Positions 1 through 11,416 of a stretch of 45,040 nt of DNA are shown piece after piece; position 1 is the first letter of the stretch; each line of letters starts with the position of its first letter. A program made the translations under genes and the position numbers. The stretch is from sequence record SRR20825019_1269; one strand, given 5' to 3'. The notes beneath the pieces were generated by a model, which made no database searches, had not been told where the DNA came from, and saw nothing but the letters and a program-made list of their open reading frames with translations.

Positions 1-29
1 AACTGCTCTACCAACTGAGCTAACGACCC
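1..29 (-). tRNA. tRNA-Lys, 5' part only (truncated by the window edge)
   Basis: Reverse complement GGGTCGTTAGCTCAGTTGGTAGAGCAGTT matches the 5' acceptor strand and D-arm of gammaproteobacterial tRNA-Lys(UUU). It lies downstream of cpoB, the usual position. The anticodon is outside the window. Confidence 0.85.
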
Positions 30-30
30 A

Positions 31-70
31 AACGAGGCGCATATAGTAATGATTTTTCAGCGCCGATCAA
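31..70 (-). promoter_or_regulatory. sigma70 stable-RNA-type promoter for the tRNA
   Basis: Minus strand TTGATC (65-70), 16 bp, TACTAT (43-48), then a GC-rich discriminator ATGCGCCTCG just before the tRNA. Confidence 0.6.
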
Positions 71-114
71 CCCCTAATTCCCAGGTTTCTCAACATTCTT
101 CGTGGCAAGCACGA

Positions 115-900
115 TCAGCCGTTACTGGAGTCGAGGTACTTCTTGGCCAACTCAGCAGCGCTGGTATTCGGATAGTCGCGGACCACGGTTTCCATACGCC
201 CGCGAGCCTGCTCCTTATCGCCAAGCCGGTCCAGGGTCACGCCAAGCTTGTAAACAGCGTCCGGCGCCTTGCGATGATCCCCATAACGGGTTGCAACGAT
301 GGTGAACGCCTGCCGCGCCTGTTCGAGCTGTTCCTCAACGAGGTACACTTCGCCCAGCCAATAATAGGCGTTGACCGTCAGGTCCCCTTCCTCATACTCA
401 TCAATGAAGTCGTACAACCCGTTGATCGCCTGGTCGTAGTTCTTTTCCTGATGAATCAGAGTCTGGATTTTCTGGTATTCCGTTCGCTCCTTGTCGGAAG
501 GCTGCCGGTAGATTCTGGTTTTCACCCCCGAATTTCCTGCTGCCTCAGCCGAATCGGCCGCGCCCTCTGAGCTCGCTGAGCTCGTCGCTGGTGCTTCCGA
601 GACCTTTTCAGAGAGTTTCAGAATTCGCTGGTCAAGATCGATGTAGCGGTCCCGTGACTGCTTGGTAAGCCGATCAATGAGGTTGCGCTGCTCTTCGACC
701 CGCCCCTGCAATCGACGAACCTCGCCCTGCAGTTGCTGAATCATGTAGAACAGTTCCGCATTGGCCTGACTGTTGCCAGCCTTGCGTTCTGCCTCGGACG
801 CATTGTCCTGGAACGCTGGAGAAACGGATTGCGCCAGCGCGCCGCCCGCATGCCCGAAGGCAAGCGGGAGCATCACTGTCGCCATGAGCAGATGTCTCAT
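115..900 (-). CDS. cpoB: Tol-Pal system protein CpoB/YbgF
   Basis: Signal peptide, coiled coil (LQGEVRRLQGRVEE...YIDLDQR), C-terminal TPR (NAYYWLGE, KAPDAVYKLG); follows pal. Confidence 0.93.
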   Translation of the reverse strand: MRHLLMATVMLPLAFGHAGGALAQSVSPAFQDNASEAERKAGNSQANAELFYMIQQLQGEVRRLQGRVEEQRNLIDRLTKQSRDRYIDLDQRILKLSEKVSEAPATSSASSEGAADSAEAAGNSGVKTRIYRQPSDKERTEYQKIQTLIHQEKNYDQAINGLYDFIDEYEEGDLTVNAYYWLGEVYLVEEQLEQARQAFTIVATRYGDHRKAPDAVYKLGVTLDRLGDKEQARGRMETVVRDYPNTSAAELAKKYLDSSNG

Positions 901-912
901 GGGGTTCGCCTG

Positions 913-1491
913 TTACTGGAAAACGAGTTCAACGCGACGGTTCTGGGCCCACGCGCTCTCACTGGAACCCATCACTGCCGGCTTTTCTTCACCGTAGCTG
1001 ATGGTTTCCGTCTGGCCGCGGGAAGCACCGTTCACGATCAGGAAACGCTCGATGGCGTTGGCACGACGCTCGCCCAGTGCGAGGTTGTATTCTTTGGTGC
1101 CGCGCTCATCAGCATGCCCTTCAATACGGACATTCTGCCCCGGATTGGCTTGCAGGAACCGGGCGTGGGCCACCAGCACATCGCGGGCTTCGGTTTTGAT
1201 TTCGGAGGTATCAAAATCAAAGTAGAAGGTGGTGATTTCGCGCATGGCGGCTTCTTCCGCCCGCGCAGCACGAGCTTCCGCTTCACGACGCTGCTCTTCG
1301 CTCATCTCGGATGAAGACACACCGCCGTCATCATCGCCGCCATAAACAGTGCTGCCACCTTCCTGGTCGACAGCAGAGACATCGGAACCGTATGCACCGT
1401 CTTCAGTGGTCTCACCGGTGCTGCTGCAACCGGCGATCAGACCAAGAGACATTACCATGGCGAATAATTTGTGGTGAGCTGATACGTTCAT
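913..1491 (-). CDS. pal: Peptidoglycan-associated lipoprotein Pal
   Basis: Lipobox LIAGC; OmpA-like domain (EGHADERGTKEYNLALGERRA, QNRRVE). ATG at 1491 preceded by AAGGAAGG. Confidence 0.96.
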   Translation of the reverse strand: MNVSAHHKLFAMVMSLGLIAGCSSTGETTEDGAYGSDVSAVDQEGGSTVYGGDDDGGVSSSEMSEEQRREAEARAARAEEAAMREITTFYFDFDTSEIKTEARDVLVAHARFLQANPGQNVRIEGHADERGTKEYNLALGERRANAIERFLIVNGASRGQTETISYGEEKPAVMGSSESAWAQNRRVELVFQ

Positions 1492-1563
1492 AATCACTTC
1501 CTTCCTTTTTGAGAGTCTGTTGTACGTTAATGCAAACGAACCTGTTCTGTTCGGAGTTCCGGT

Positions 1564-2904
1564 TTACTTGACGATCGGTGACCATGCCGGTTCACGCACA
1601 TCACCCTCCGAGGCCGGCAGACTATAGGCCGCTCCGCCATCCGCGGCAATTACAGTTAGTACACTGTCGCCGCCCTGCTTGGTTGCATAGATCAACATCC
1701 GGCCATTGGGCGAAACACTGGGCGACTCATCGGACTCAGTTCGAGTGAGAATCGTTTCTTCCTCCGTCTGCAAGTTAGTCCGTGCTATATGAAACGCCTT
1801 GTCTCTCTGATGCACATAGTAGACGTACTTGCCGTCATTGTCTGGCCGCGGGCGGGCATTGTAGCGGCTACCGAAGGTAATCCTGCGGGGTTCCGCACTC
1901 TCACTGGACTTGTGGTAGATCTGCGGCCCACCGGAACGATCAGACGTAAAGAAGAAACCTTCACCCGTATGATCCCAGGTGGGCTCAGTATCAATAGACC
2001 AGTGATTGGTCAGCCGCTTGAGCGAGCGACTCTGAATATCCATCTTGTAGACCTCGGCATTGCCATCCTTTGACAGGGTCATAAGCAACGACCGACCATC
2101 CGGGCCCCATGCGGGAGCTGAATTCAAACCCCGGAAGTCCGCGATCCGCGTGCGGTTGCCCGATGAAAGCTCGTGGATATAGATTGCAGGCTTACCGGTT
2201 TCAAACGACACATAGGCAAGCCTCTTACCGTCGGGCGACCAGGCTGGTGACAAAATGGGTTCATCGCTTTCCAGCCTGACCTTGGCCCTTTTGCCATCCA
2301 CGTCACTGACCTGCAGCCGATACAGGGCGTTGCCACCGGATCGCTGAAGCGTGACGTAGGCCAGCTTGGTAGAAAATGCGCCCGGCACACCGGTGATAGC
2401 CTCATAGACCTTGTCACTGATGTGGTGGGCAAGGCTCCGTGTGCTATTCACCGATGAGGACGCCGTTGCCCCAAGGATCCGCTCCTCGCGGTTCACATCG
2501 TACAACTCATACCGGGCTTCAATCTTGTCGCCGGTACGTGTCAACTGACCGACCAGAACGTAACGCTGCCCCAGAAGTCGCCAGTCGCGAAAATAGACCT
2601 CATCACCCTTTGACGGCAGGCTGAGCATTTTCTCTGGTGGCAGTGGCTTGAATTCACCGCTCATGGTGAGGTCGTCGCGGATGATACTGCTGATCTTATC
2701 GCCGGACGGCATGGTGCCGGATTCAGCGAATGGGACCACGGCGACCGGGATGGCCGAATCCGCACCCTCCGTGATTCGGATCAACAGCTCTGCGTGGGCC
2801 GCCGGACTGCTCCCTATCATCACCGCCAGCATCAGCAACCATGTCATTACCATGCCGGTTGGGGTTGTGCCTTTAGTACTCCGGTTCGTCATTTGATTTC
2901 CCAT
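1564..2904 (-). CDS. tolB: Tol-Pal beta-propeller protein TolB
   Basis: TolB N-domain plus PD40 repeats (SPAWSPDG, APAWGPDG, SPSVSPNG); start codon uncertain. Confidence 0.96.
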   Translation of the reverse strand: MGNQMTNRSTKGTTPTGMVMTWLLMLAVMIGSSPAAHAELLIRITEGADSAIPVAVVPFAESGTMPSGDKISSIIRDDLTMSGEFKPLPPEKMLSLPSKGDEVYFRDWRLLGQRYVLVGQLTRTGDKIEARYELYDVNREERILGATASSSVNSTRSLAHHISDKVYEAITGVPGAFSTKLAYVTLQRSGGNALYRLQVSDVDGKRAKVRLESDEPILSPAWSPDGKRLAYVSFETGKPAIYIHELSSGNRTRIADFRGLNSAPAWGPDGRSLLMTLSKDGNAEVYKMDIQSRSLKRLTNHWSIDTEPTWDHTGEGFFFTSDRSGGPQIYHKSSESAEPRRITFGSRYNARPRPDNDGKYVYYVHQRDKAFHIARTNLQTEEETILTRTESDESPSVSPNGRMLIYATKQGGDSVLTVIAADGGAAYSLPASEGDVREPAWSPIVK

Positions 2905-2909
2905 TGTCC

Positions 2910-3941
2910 TTATCTCAACCGCCGAGGATTGAACTCAATCGTAAACTGGCGAAAATACTTTTCAAACGTGTCCCGATCATCGGGAATCGGATAACGATTC
3001 AACGACTTAACCGCGCCCAGCGCCGAATTGTCGAATGCCGTGTTGCCACTGGTGGAGACAAGCTTTACCGAGGCAAGTTCACCAGTCGGTAGCAAAGTGA
3101 TCTGAAGCCGCGCAGTCATCTCCTCGGTTGCCGATGATGGCGGATACCAGGCCTGGCTCAATCGTTCACGAATCAGCGCCTGATATTTCTGGCTTTCCGT
3201 CAGCATCTGCGCTTCGCGCGCTTTAGCGGCAGCCGCCTCCCTCTTACGGCGCTCCTCCGCCTCGCGTTCCTGCTGGGCTTCTTCCGCCAGGGCTTCCAGT
3301 TGCTGTTCTTTCAGACGCCGCTCACGCTCTTTGCGTTTCCGTTCAGCTTCCTGGCGCTCTCGCTCTTCCCTCGCCTTGCGCTCAGCTTCTTCCTTGCGGC
3401 GCTGCTCCTCCGCACGGCGTTTTTCCTCGGCGGCCTTCCGGGCAGCCTCTTCCTGGCGACGCTTTTCTTCCTCGGCCTTTTGACGTTCACGCTCCTTGGC
3501 TTCAGCAGCAGCCTTCTGGCGGGCAGCCTCTTCCGCTTTGCGCTGCTGTTCACGTTCGCGCTTCGCCGCCTCTTCCTGGCGCTGCTGTTCCTGCTTGCGC
3601 TCTTTCTCCTGCTGGATGCGGCGAGCCTCTTCCCGTTCGCGTTCCTCTTCGGCCTTTCGACGTTCGGCTTCTTCCTTACGCTTCCGCTCTTCCTCCTGCC
3701 TGCGTTCTTCATCACGATCCGGTTCATCAACCGGTTCCGTCACCGGGCTGGGTTCGGGCTCGTTCGGGGTGATCAGGCGCGCAGAAATACTGGGCGGCGG
3801 CGGATCCTCCGAGGGATTGGTCCACGTCCATCCGGCCAAGGCCACGCCCAGGATCAACCCATGCAGCAGGATTGACAGAGCCACGGGCGACTTCCAGGGC
3901 GGCTGGCCCGTGTTGGTTACATCACGCTCATGACCTCTCAC
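2910..3941 (-). CDS. tolA: TolA
   Basis: TM helix with SxxxH (SILLHG), long E/K/R/A-rich helix, TonB/TolA C-domain (SGNTAFDNSA). Confidence 0.94.
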   Translation of the reverse strand: MRGHERDVTNTGQPPWKSPVALSILLHGLILGVALAGWTWTNPSEDPPPPSISARLITPNEPEPSPVTEPVDEPDRDEERRQEEERKRKEEAERRKAEEEREREEARRIQQEKERKQEQQRQEEAAKREREQQRKAEEAARQKAAAEAKERERQKAEEEKRRQEEAARKAAEEKRRAEEQRRKEEAERKAREERERQEAERKRKERERRLKEQQLEALAEEAQQEREAEERRKREAAAAKAREAQMLTESQKYQALIRERLSQAWYPPSSATEEMTARLQITLLPTGELASVKLVSTSGNTAFDNSALGAVKSLNRYPIPDDRDTFEKYFRQFTIEFNPRRLR

Positions 3942-3962
3942 AAAAACCTGCCTGCTCTGTAC

Positions 3963-4409
<447 letters not shown>

Positions 4410-4452
4410 GTTTCTGCTCTCCCGACTGGCTGTCCGTTACTGGCTGCCTTCC

Positions 4453-5142
4453 TCATGCGGCTGACTGCTCGCTGTTATGCACACGGCGATGGAGGATGCT
4501 CGAAAACTCATCGGCAAAGGTTTCATAGTTCTTCAGCAGCGCATCGGAAATAGCGGAGAAACGGTTATAGGCAATCACGGCGGGGATGGCCGCAAACAGG
4601 CCCATTGCCGTTGCTATCAATGCCTCGGAAATACCGGGGGCCACCGTGGCGAGGGTTGCTTGCTGAACCTGAGCCAGCCCCCGAAACGAGTTCATGATGC
4701 CCCAGACCGTACCAAAGAGACCGACATAGGGGCTGGTAGAGCCCACGGTTGCAAGAAACGGTAAATGCATCTCCAGCCGCTCCTGCTCACGGGAAAACGC
4801 CACTCGCATCGCACGCTGGGTGCCTTCCATGACGGCATCGGCATCCCGGCTTTGCTGGCGCAGACGGGAAAATTCCTTGAAACCGGCGCGGAATAACGAT
4901 TCCATACCGGAGAACGGCGTCGGATTACTGTTCACTTCCCGGTAGAGCTGACCCAGGTCCATTCCGGACCAGAACCGTTCCTCAAACGCATACTGGGCCT
5001 GCTTGGCCTTGCGGAACACCTTCAGGCGCTGGAAGATCAGTGCCCAGGAGATAATGGACGCCAGGGCAAGCAACAGCATAACCAGCTGAACCAGCACGCC
5101 GGCGTTGGCGATGAGATACCAAACAGAAACTTCTGACTCCAC
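4453..5142 (-). CDS. tolQ: TolQ
   Basis: SPYVGLFGTVWGIM and PGISEALIATAMGLFAAIPA motifs. Confidence 0.96.
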   Translation of the reverse strand: MESEVSVWYLIANAGVLVQLVMLLLALASIISWALIFQRLKVFRKAKQAQYAFEERFWSGMDLGQLYREVNSNPTPFSGMESLFRAGFKEFSRLRQQSRDADAVMEGTQRAMRVAFSREQERLEMHLPFLATVGSTSPYVGLFGTVWGIMNSFRGLAQVQQATLATVAPGISEALIATAMGLFAAIPAVIAYNRFSAISDALLKNYETFADEFSSILHRRVHNSEQSAA

Positions 5143-5156
5143 CTTTTACTCCTGGA

Positions 5157-5600
5157 TTATTCCACTTGTGAATTGGTTTTCAGGCTGCTTTCCAGCAACT
5201 CCAGCATGTTTACCGGAAGGCGTCTTGGCCGGCCGGAATCCAGTGCTATACAGGCCACACGCACATCCGCCGAGGCCAGTACCTTGTCGTCGGAGCGGCG
5301 AACAACCTGTTGACGAAAATCCATCCATACACGGCCGAACGCCACTGGCTCCGCGGTCACTCGCAACTCATCGTCAAGCCTGGCCGGAGCACCGTAGTGA
5401 ATCGACAGGCGCTGGACAACGTAACTGATGTTATCCGCCAGGCCGGCGCGAAGCCCGCCCCCCTTGTGACGAACCCACTCCGTACGGGCACGCTCCATAT
5501 AGTGCAGGTACTTCGCGTGGTATACGATACCGCCGGCGTCGGTATCCTCGATGTACACGCGAACCGCCAACCCGACCGATGAATCATAACGCTCAGTCAA
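5157..5600 (-). CDS. ybgC: Tol-Pal-associated acyl-CoA thioesterase YbgC
   Basis: [19 protein letters not shown] hotdog motif. Probable TTG start at 5600 with GGAGG SD, overlapping the ruvB stop. Confidence 0.92.
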   Translation of the reverse strand: MTERYDSSVGLAVRVYIEDTDAGGIVYHAKYLHYMERARTEWVRHKGGGLRAGLADNISYVVQRLSIHYGAPARLDDELRVTAEPVAFGRVWMDFRQQVVRRSDDKVLASADVRVACIALDSGRPRRLPVNMLELLESSLKTNSQVE

Positions 5601-6621
5601 ACAGGTCCTCCCGTTCCGGACCGGATGGCACGACACCAAAATGCTGGTAGGCATTGGACGTCACCATACGCCCACGGGGCGTACGTACCATGAAACCCTG
5701 CTGAATCAGGAACGGCTCAAGAACGTCTTCGATAGTGCCTCGTTCTTCACTGATCGCCGCTGCCAGACTTTCGACACCGACCGGGCCACCATCAAACTTT
5801 TCAATCATCGCCAAAAGCAGGCGCCGGTCCATGTGATCAAACCCCTGGGCGTCCACTTTCAGCATGTTCAGTGCCTGGTCCGCAATGGACTCACTAATGC
5901 TGCCATCCGCTTTTACCTCAGCAAAGTCACGCACTCTGCGTAGCAGGCGATTTGCAATACGGGGTGTTCCCCGGGAACGACGGGCAATTTCGTAAGCACC
6001 GCCGTTGTCGATAGCGACCGATGACAATCGCGCGGAACGGAGAATAATATCCGTCAGATCCTTGGTGTTATAGAACTCAAGGCGCTGGACGATGCCGAAA
6101 CGATCCCGCAGCGGCGACGTCAGAAGCCCGGCGCGTGTCGTGGCACCCACCAGGGTAAAGGGGGGCAGGTCCAGTTTGATGGAGCGGGCCGCCGGCCCCT
6201 CTCCAATCATGATATCCAGTTGGTAGTCTTCCATCGCCGGGTAGAGCACTTCTTCCACGGCGGCGCTGAGACGATGAATTTCATCAATGAAGAGGACATC
6301 ACCCTCTTCGAGGTTGGTCAGCATGGCGGCCAGATCACCGGCTTTTTCCAACACCGGGCCGGATGTGGTCTTAATCGACACACCCATTTCATTGGCAATG
6401 ATGTTGGCGAGCGTGGTCTTGCCCAGCCCCGGCGGACCAAAGATCAGCACATGATCCAATGCCTCCTGGCGACCTCGCGCGGCGGAAATGAAGATTTCCA
6501 TCTGCTCCCGCACAGCCGGCTGACCAACATAGTCCGCAAGCACACCGGGACGGATCGCTCGATCCTGCACTTCCTCATATTGTCCGGCCTGGGCTGTAAT
6601 CAGGCGATCCGATTCAATCAT
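5593..6621 (-). CDS. ruvB: Holliday junction branch migration helicase RuvB
   Basis: Walker [34 protein letters not shown]. Confidence 0.98.
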   Translation of the reverse strand: MIESDRLITAQAGQYEEVQDRAIRPGVLADYVGQPAVREQMEIFISAARGRQEALDHVLIFGPPGLGKTTLANIIANEMGVSIKTTSGPVLEKAGDLAAMLTNLEEGDVLFIDEIHRLSAAVEEVLYPAMEDYQLDIMIGEGPAARSIKLDLPPFTLVGATTRAGLLTSPLRDRFGIVQRLEFYNTKDLTDIILRSARLSSVAIDNGGAYEIARRSRGTPRIANRLLRRVRDFAEVKADGSISESIADQALNMLKVDAQGFDHMDRRLLLAMIEKFDGGPVGVESLAAAISEERGTIEDVLEPFLIQQGFMVRTPRGRMVTSNAYQHFGVVPSGPEREDLFD

Positions 6622-6776
6622 TGAACTACCCGCTCAGAGGAAATCAACAACATGCCTGTACACTCGTATCGGGTTCATTATGCCCCAATTGTACAAACGG
6701 CGCTTTTGCTGTCACGTTACGCTCTCTACACATATGGGGCCAGGATGCGATTAATGACACTCTTTTAATCAGCCCA

Positions 6777-7409
6777 TTAGCTGGCAGGAATCATTGCCCG
6801 TAGCGCCAACCGAATCAATTCCTGGCTCGACATGTTCTCTTCCGCCACTTTGCTGATCGCCTTGGACGCCTCCTGTGGCTTGTAACCCAGGGCAATCAGT
6901 GCGGCTTCCGCCTCTTCCCTGGGGTCATGACCTGCAGCAATGCCCGCGTTGGCTGAGCCGGAGGTAACCGTCGCATTTGGCGACGCTGGCGTGAACTGCC
7001 CTTCAAGTTGCCCTATACGATCTGTCATTTCAATAAGCAGGCGTTCGGCGGTTTTCTTGCCAACACCGGGAAGCTTGACCAGGGCATTAGCATCGCGAGC
7101 CTCAACGCAGCGGATAAACTGATTCGCATCCAACCCCGACAGAATCCCGGCGGCAAGCTTGGGACCAACCCCATTAACCTTGATCAGCAACCGGAACAGG
7201 TCCCGATCCAGTCGTGAAGAGAAGCCGTAGAGGCTCTGGGCGTCCTCGCGAACAACAAAGTGGGTGTGGAGAACCAGCTCGTCGCCGGTTTCAGGAAGGT
7301 TAAAGAAGGTGGTGTAGGGAATATCGACTTCATACCCCAGGCCGGCGCATTCCACCAATGCCTGGGCGGGGGATTTTTCAATCAGGATGCCTCGGATACG
7401 ACCAATCAA
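6777..7409 (-). CDS. ruvA: Holliday junction binding protein RuvA
   Basis: MIGRIRG start, VREDAQSLYGF, HhH motifs GVGPK and GVGKKTAER, ALIALGY. Confidence 0.97.
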   Translation of the reverse strand: MIGRIRGILIEKSPAQALVECAGLGYEVDIPYTTFFNLPETGDELVLHTHFVVREDAQSLYGFSSRLDRDLFRLLIKVNGVGPKLAAGILSGLDANQFIRCVEARDANALVKLPGVGKKTAERLLIEMTDRIGQLEGQFTPASPNATVTSGSANAGIAAGHDPREEAEAALIALGYKPQEASKAISKVAEENMSSQELIRLALRAMIPAS

Positions 7410-7440
7410 CGGGTTTCTCCCTGGACTTCAATGAGTCTGG

Positions 7441-7971
7441 TTATTGTCTTCGGACCCGGCCACTTCGCACTTTCCCGCCACCTCCGGACGCCAGCCGGGC
7501 AACGCTCTGGCTCATGTGGGCGTGGCACAGCGCAATCGCCAGGGCGTCTGCCGCGTCGGCCTGCGGCTTGCGAGACAGGGCCAGCAACACCTGGACCATA
7601 TGCTGGACCTGGGACTTATCAGCGCCGCCTTTACCCACCACCGCCTGCTTGACCTGGCGGGCGGAATACTCGTGAACCGGCAAACCGCTGTTGGCGGCCG
7701 CTACAATCGCCGCTCCCCTGGCCTGCCCCAACTTCAGCGCTGAATCCGGGTTACGGGCCATGAATACCTGCTCGATGGCGAATTCTTCGGGGCGGTATTC
7801 GCCAATGAGCGTTGCCAGACTATGGAAAATGGTTTGCAGGCGTTCCGCCATGGGCTTCTCGCCGACCCGGATGCATCCACTGTCAATATATTCGATCACC
7901 CGGCCCTCGGCCCGGACAATGCCGTAACCGGTAATGCGTGACCCTGGGTCTACCCCCATGATTATCGACAC
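7441..7971 (-). CDS. ruvC: Crossover junction endodeoxyribonuclease RuvC
   Basis: [34 protein letters not shown]. Confidence 0.97.
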   Translation of the reverse strand: MSIIMGVDPGSRITGYGIVRAEGRVIEYIDSGCIRVGEKPMAERLQTIFHSLATLIGEYRPEEFAIEQVFMARNPDSALKLGQARGAAIVAAANSGLPVHEYSARQVKQAVVGKGGADKSQVQHMVQVLLALSRKPQADAADALAIALCHAHMSQSVARLASGGGGKVRSGRVRRQ

Positions 7972-7980
7972 GTTGCGCCC

Positions 7981-8730
7981 TTATTGATGGAGTGCCTCCA
8001 TCACGTCCGCCGATATATCGGCGTTGTGATAGACATTCTGCACATCGTCCAGGTCTTCCAGCATATCGATGAGCTTGAGGATGGGCTCTGCGCCCTCCTC
8101 ATCCAGCTCTACAGTGGTTGAGGGCACCATAGTGACTTCTGCGTTATCGGGTATCAGGCCGGACTCCACCAGGGACTGTTTAACATCGAGGAACTGATCT
8201 GGCACGGTGACTATCTCGAAAGAGCCGTCGCCGAGCGTCGCCAGGTCCTCGGCACCGGCAACCAGGGCCGCTTCCATCAGCCGGTCTTCGTCCATCTCCG
8301 GGCTGTAGCTGATAATACCCTGCTTACTGAACAGATACGCTACCGAACCGTCAGTGCCGAGATTGCCACCCATCTTGTTCAGGGCGTGACGAATGTCGGC
8401 CACAGTGCGGTTGCGGTTATCCGTCATGACTTCCACAAAGATAGCAACGCCACCGGGACCGTACCCTTCGTAGGTCAGTTCCTCGTAATTGCTGTCGTCA
8501 CCATTCCCGGCGCCCCGCTCAACGGCGCGCTCGATAGTGTCCTTCTTCATGTTTGCGGTCAGGGCCTTGTCGATCACGCCCCGCAATCGCGGATTGTCAT
8601 CCGGGTTTCCTCCGCCCTGACGGGCCGCCACCGTCAACTCGCGAATGATCTTGGTGAAAATCTTACCGCGTTTGGCGTCCTGAGCCGCTTTACGGTGCTT
8701 GATGTTGGCCCATTTACTGTGTCCAGCCAT
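7981..8730 (-). CDS. yebC: YebC/PmpR family protein
   Basis: [38 protein letters not shown]. Confidence 0.96.
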   Translation of the reverse strand: MAGHSKWANIKHRKAAQDAKRGKIFTKIIRELTVAARQGGGNPDDNPRLRGVIDKALTANMKKDTIERAVERGAGNGDDSNYEELTYEGYGPGGVAIFVEVMTDNRNRTVADIRHALNKMGGNLGTDGSVAYLFSKQGIISYSPEMDEDRLMEAALVAGAEDLATLGDGSFEIVTVPDQFLDVKQSLVESGLIPDNAEVTMVPSTTVELDEEGAEPILKLIDMLEDLDDVQNVYHNADISADVMEALHQ

Positions 8731-8749
8731 AATCAACTCCGTTCAGTCG

Positions 8750-8775
8750 CGGAGCACACATAGGGGTGTGCTCCG
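8750..8775. repeat. 10-bp inverted repeat between aspS and yebC
   Basis: CGGAGCACAC-ataggg-GTGTGCTCCG. No U-tract, so more likely a stabilising or processing hairpin than a terminator. Confidence 0.55.
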
Positions 8776-8783
8776 GCATTGCG

Positions 8784-10589
8784 TTACTCGCCTGCCTGGG
8801 TGTCTTCCTTACTTTCGCCGGCCTTGGCCACGGGCTTGCGGCGGCGAATATGAAGCTCACGCAACTGCTTGTCGTCCACTTCTCCGGGAGCCTGTGTCAT
8901 CAGACAGGTGGCGCTCTGGGTTTTCGGGAACGCAATCACATCACGGATGGAACTGGCGCCTGTCATCAGCATGATCAACCGGTCCAGACCAAACGCCAGG
9001 CCACCATGGGGAGGGCAACCGTATTTCAGCGCATCCAGCAGGAACCCGAACTTGGCTCGTGCTTCTTCGTGCTCAATACCCAGGGTACGGAACACGCTTT
9101 CCTGCATTTTTTCGTCGTGAATACGGATGGAACCGCCACCGAGTTCGGTGCCATTCAGCACCATGTCGTAGGCGCGGGACAATGCCGTCGCCGGCGACGC
9201 TTCCAGCTCGTCACTAGAACAGGATGGCGCCGTGAACGGATGGTGAATCGCAGTCAGGCTTCCGTCAGATGTTTCCTCGAACATCGGGAAGTCCACCACC
9301 CACAGCGGCGCCCACTCGGAGGTCAGCATGTTCAGGTCGTGGCCGACCTTGATGCGGAGCGCGCCCAGAGCTTCGTTGACGACGTTGGTCTTATCGGCGC
9401 CGAAAAACACGATATCGCCATCTTCCGCACCGGAGCGCTCGATGACAGCCTGCGCAACATCGTCACCCAGGAATTTGATGATCGGCGACTGCAGGCCTTC
9501 AACGCCCTTGGACGTATCATTGACCTTGATGTAGGCCAGCCCCTTGGCACCGTAGATACTCACGTACTTGGTGTAGTCGTCGATCTGTTTGCGGGTCAGC
9601 TCGCCGCCCTTCGGAACACGTAGTGCTGCTACGCGGCCCTTGGGGTCATTAGCCGGACCGGCAAACACCTTGAAGTCAACGCCCGCAACCAGATCACCCA
9701 CGTCAACCAGCTCAAGCGGGATACGCAGGTCCGGCTTGTCGCTGCCATAACGCTGCATTGCCTCGGCATACGGCATGCGCGGGAATTCAGGCAGATCCAC
9801 TTCCAGCACATCCTTGAACAGCGAACGAATCATGTTCTCGTTCAGGGTCATCAAGGTCTCCTCGTCGATGAACGAGGCCTCAATGTCAATCTGCGTGAAC
9901 TCCGGCTGGCGGTCGGCACGCAGGTCTTCGTCGCGGAAACACTTGGCGATCTGGTAATAGCGATCCACACCGGACACCATCAGCAATTGCTTGAAAAGCT
10001 GCGGGGACTGGGGAAGCGCAAAGAAGGAGCCTTCATGGGTGCGGCTTGGCACCAGGTAGTCACGTGCGCCTTCCGGCGTGGCGCGGGTCAGGATAGGCGT
10101 CTCCACATCCATAAAGCCGTTGCTATCCAGAAAGTTGCGAATGTAGCTGGTCACCCTGGAACGGAAACGCAGACGGTTCAGCATTTCCGGGCGACGCAGG
10201 TCCACAAAGCGATACTTCAGGCGAACGTCTTCACCGACATCTACATGCTCATCCAGCGGGAACGGAGGCGTTGCAGCGGCATTCAGGATGGATAACTGCT
10301 TACCCAGCAGCTCCACCTGCCCCGTCGGCATGTTGGCGTTTTCGGTACCAGCGGGACGACGGCGCACACGGCCGGTCACCTGAATAACGAATTCACTGCG
10401 GACTTTCTCCGCCAGATTGAAGCTCTCTGGGGTATCCGGATCGAACACGACCTGGGAAATTCCGTCCCGATCGCGAAGGTCCAGAAAGATCACCCCGCCG
10501 TGATCGCGGCGACGATGAACCCAACCGCAAAGAGTAACTTCCTGATCGATGTGAGATTCGTTGATTCCACCGCAATAATGACTGCGCAT
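8784..10589 (-). CDS. aspS: Aspartate--tRNA ligase
   Basis: MRSHYCG start, [43 protein letters not shown]. Confidence 0.98.
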   Translation of the reverse strand: MRSHYCGGINESHIDQEVTLCGWVHRRRDHGGVIFLDLRDRDGISQVVFDPDTPESFNLAEKVRSEFVIQVTGRVRRRPAGTENANMPTGQVELLGKQLSILNAAATPPFPLDEHVDVGEDVRLKYRFVDLRRPEMLNRLRFRSRVTSYIRNFLDSNGFMDVETPILTRATPEGARDYLVPSRTHEGSFFALPQSPQLFKQLLMVSGVDRYYQIAKCFRDEDLRADRQPEFTQIDIEASFIDEETLMTLNENMIRSLFKDVLEVDLPEFPRMPYAEAMQRYGSDKPDLRIPLELVDVGDLVAGVDFKVFAGPANDPKGRVAALRVPKGGELTRKQIDDYTKYVSIYGAKGLAYIKVNDTSKGVEGLQSPIIKFLGDDVAQAVIERSGAEDGDIVFFGADKTNVVNEALGALRIKVGHDLNMLTSEWAPLWVVDFPMFEETSDGSLTAIHHPFTAPSCSSDELEASPATALSRAYDMVLNGTELGGGSIRIHDEKMQESVFRTLGIEHEEARAKFGFLLDALKYGCPPHGGLAFGLDRLIMLMTGASSIRDVIAFPKTQSATCLMTQAPGEVDDKQLRELHIRRRKPVAKAGESKEDTQAGE

Positions 10590-10759
10590 ACCGGTTCCCG
10601 TTGTATCTGATGTGTGCGTAAAAGTTTGCAAAAATGGTTCTGGCGGACCCTACTGCAAAAGCGGCCCATTATAAACACAATGAACGGGAAAATCAGGCTT
10701 CCATCACCGTGGGTGACGGTAAAACATTTGGCCGCTAGAATGGGCCGATTTACCGCCCT

Positions 10760-11389
10760 ATGGAGCCGCCCTTGTCAGCCCGAGCCGAACAGAAACTCCG
10801 CACTCGCCGTGCCCTGATGGACGCCGCCCTTGCTCAACTCAGTGCGGACCGGGGCTTTGGCAGCCTGAGCCTGCGGGAAGTGGCAAGAGAAGCTGGCATT
10901 GCACCGACATCGTTCTACCGGCACTTTTCCGAGCTTGACGAGCTGGGGCTTGCCCTGGTGGACGAAGGCGGTGTCGCCCTGCGACAACTCATGCGCCAGG
11001 CACGCAAGCGAATTGCACGAAACGGCAGCGCCATCAGCACCTCGGTGGACACCTTCATGGAGTATCTTGGCAACAACTCCAATCTGTTTCGTCTGATGCT
11101 GAGGGAAAGCACCGGGGTATCAAAACCCTTCCGCACCGCCATCAAAGCTGAAATCGACCACTTTGTGACCGAACTGGCTGCAGATCTGGCGCGCATCGCG
11201 GATGAAGAGAATCGCCCCCTATCCGACTCCAAACTGGTAGCGGACGCCATGGTGACACTGGTGTTCAACCAAGGCGCCGAGGCGCTTGACGCAACACCAC
11301 CGGAAAAGGAAGCCTTGAAGGACAAACTGAAAACCGAGCTCAGGATGATCCTCGTTGGATCACGCACCATCGCCCGGCACAAACGCTAA
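10760..11389 (+). CDS. fabR: TetR-family fatty-acid regulator FabR/DesT-like
   Basis: RAEQKLRTRRALMDAA...SLSLREVAREAGIAPTSFYRHF...LGLALVDEGG closely resembles FabR. Confidence 0.8.
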   Translation: MEPPLSARAEQKLRTRRALMDAALAQLSADRGFGSLSLREVAREAGIAPTSFYRHFSELDELGLALVDEGGVALRQLMRQARKRIARNGSAISTSVDTFMEYLGNNSNLFRLMLRESTGVSKPFRTAIKAEIDHFVTELAADLARIADEENRPLSDSKLVADAMVTLVFNQGAEALDATPPEKEALKDKLKTELRMILVGSRTIARHKR

Positions 11390-11416
11390 GCTACCCGGTT
11401 TTGCCGGAAGAGATTG

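Noticed and set aside
1..114. tRNA-Lys as an island integration site
   Set aside because: The tRNA 3' end and anything downstream lie outside the window, so this cannot be assessed.
3200..3720. Repetitive CT-rich tract that could suggest a repeat array
   Set aside because: It is the E/K/R/A-rich helical domain of TolA; there is no fixed repeat-spacer periodicity, so it is not CRISPR.
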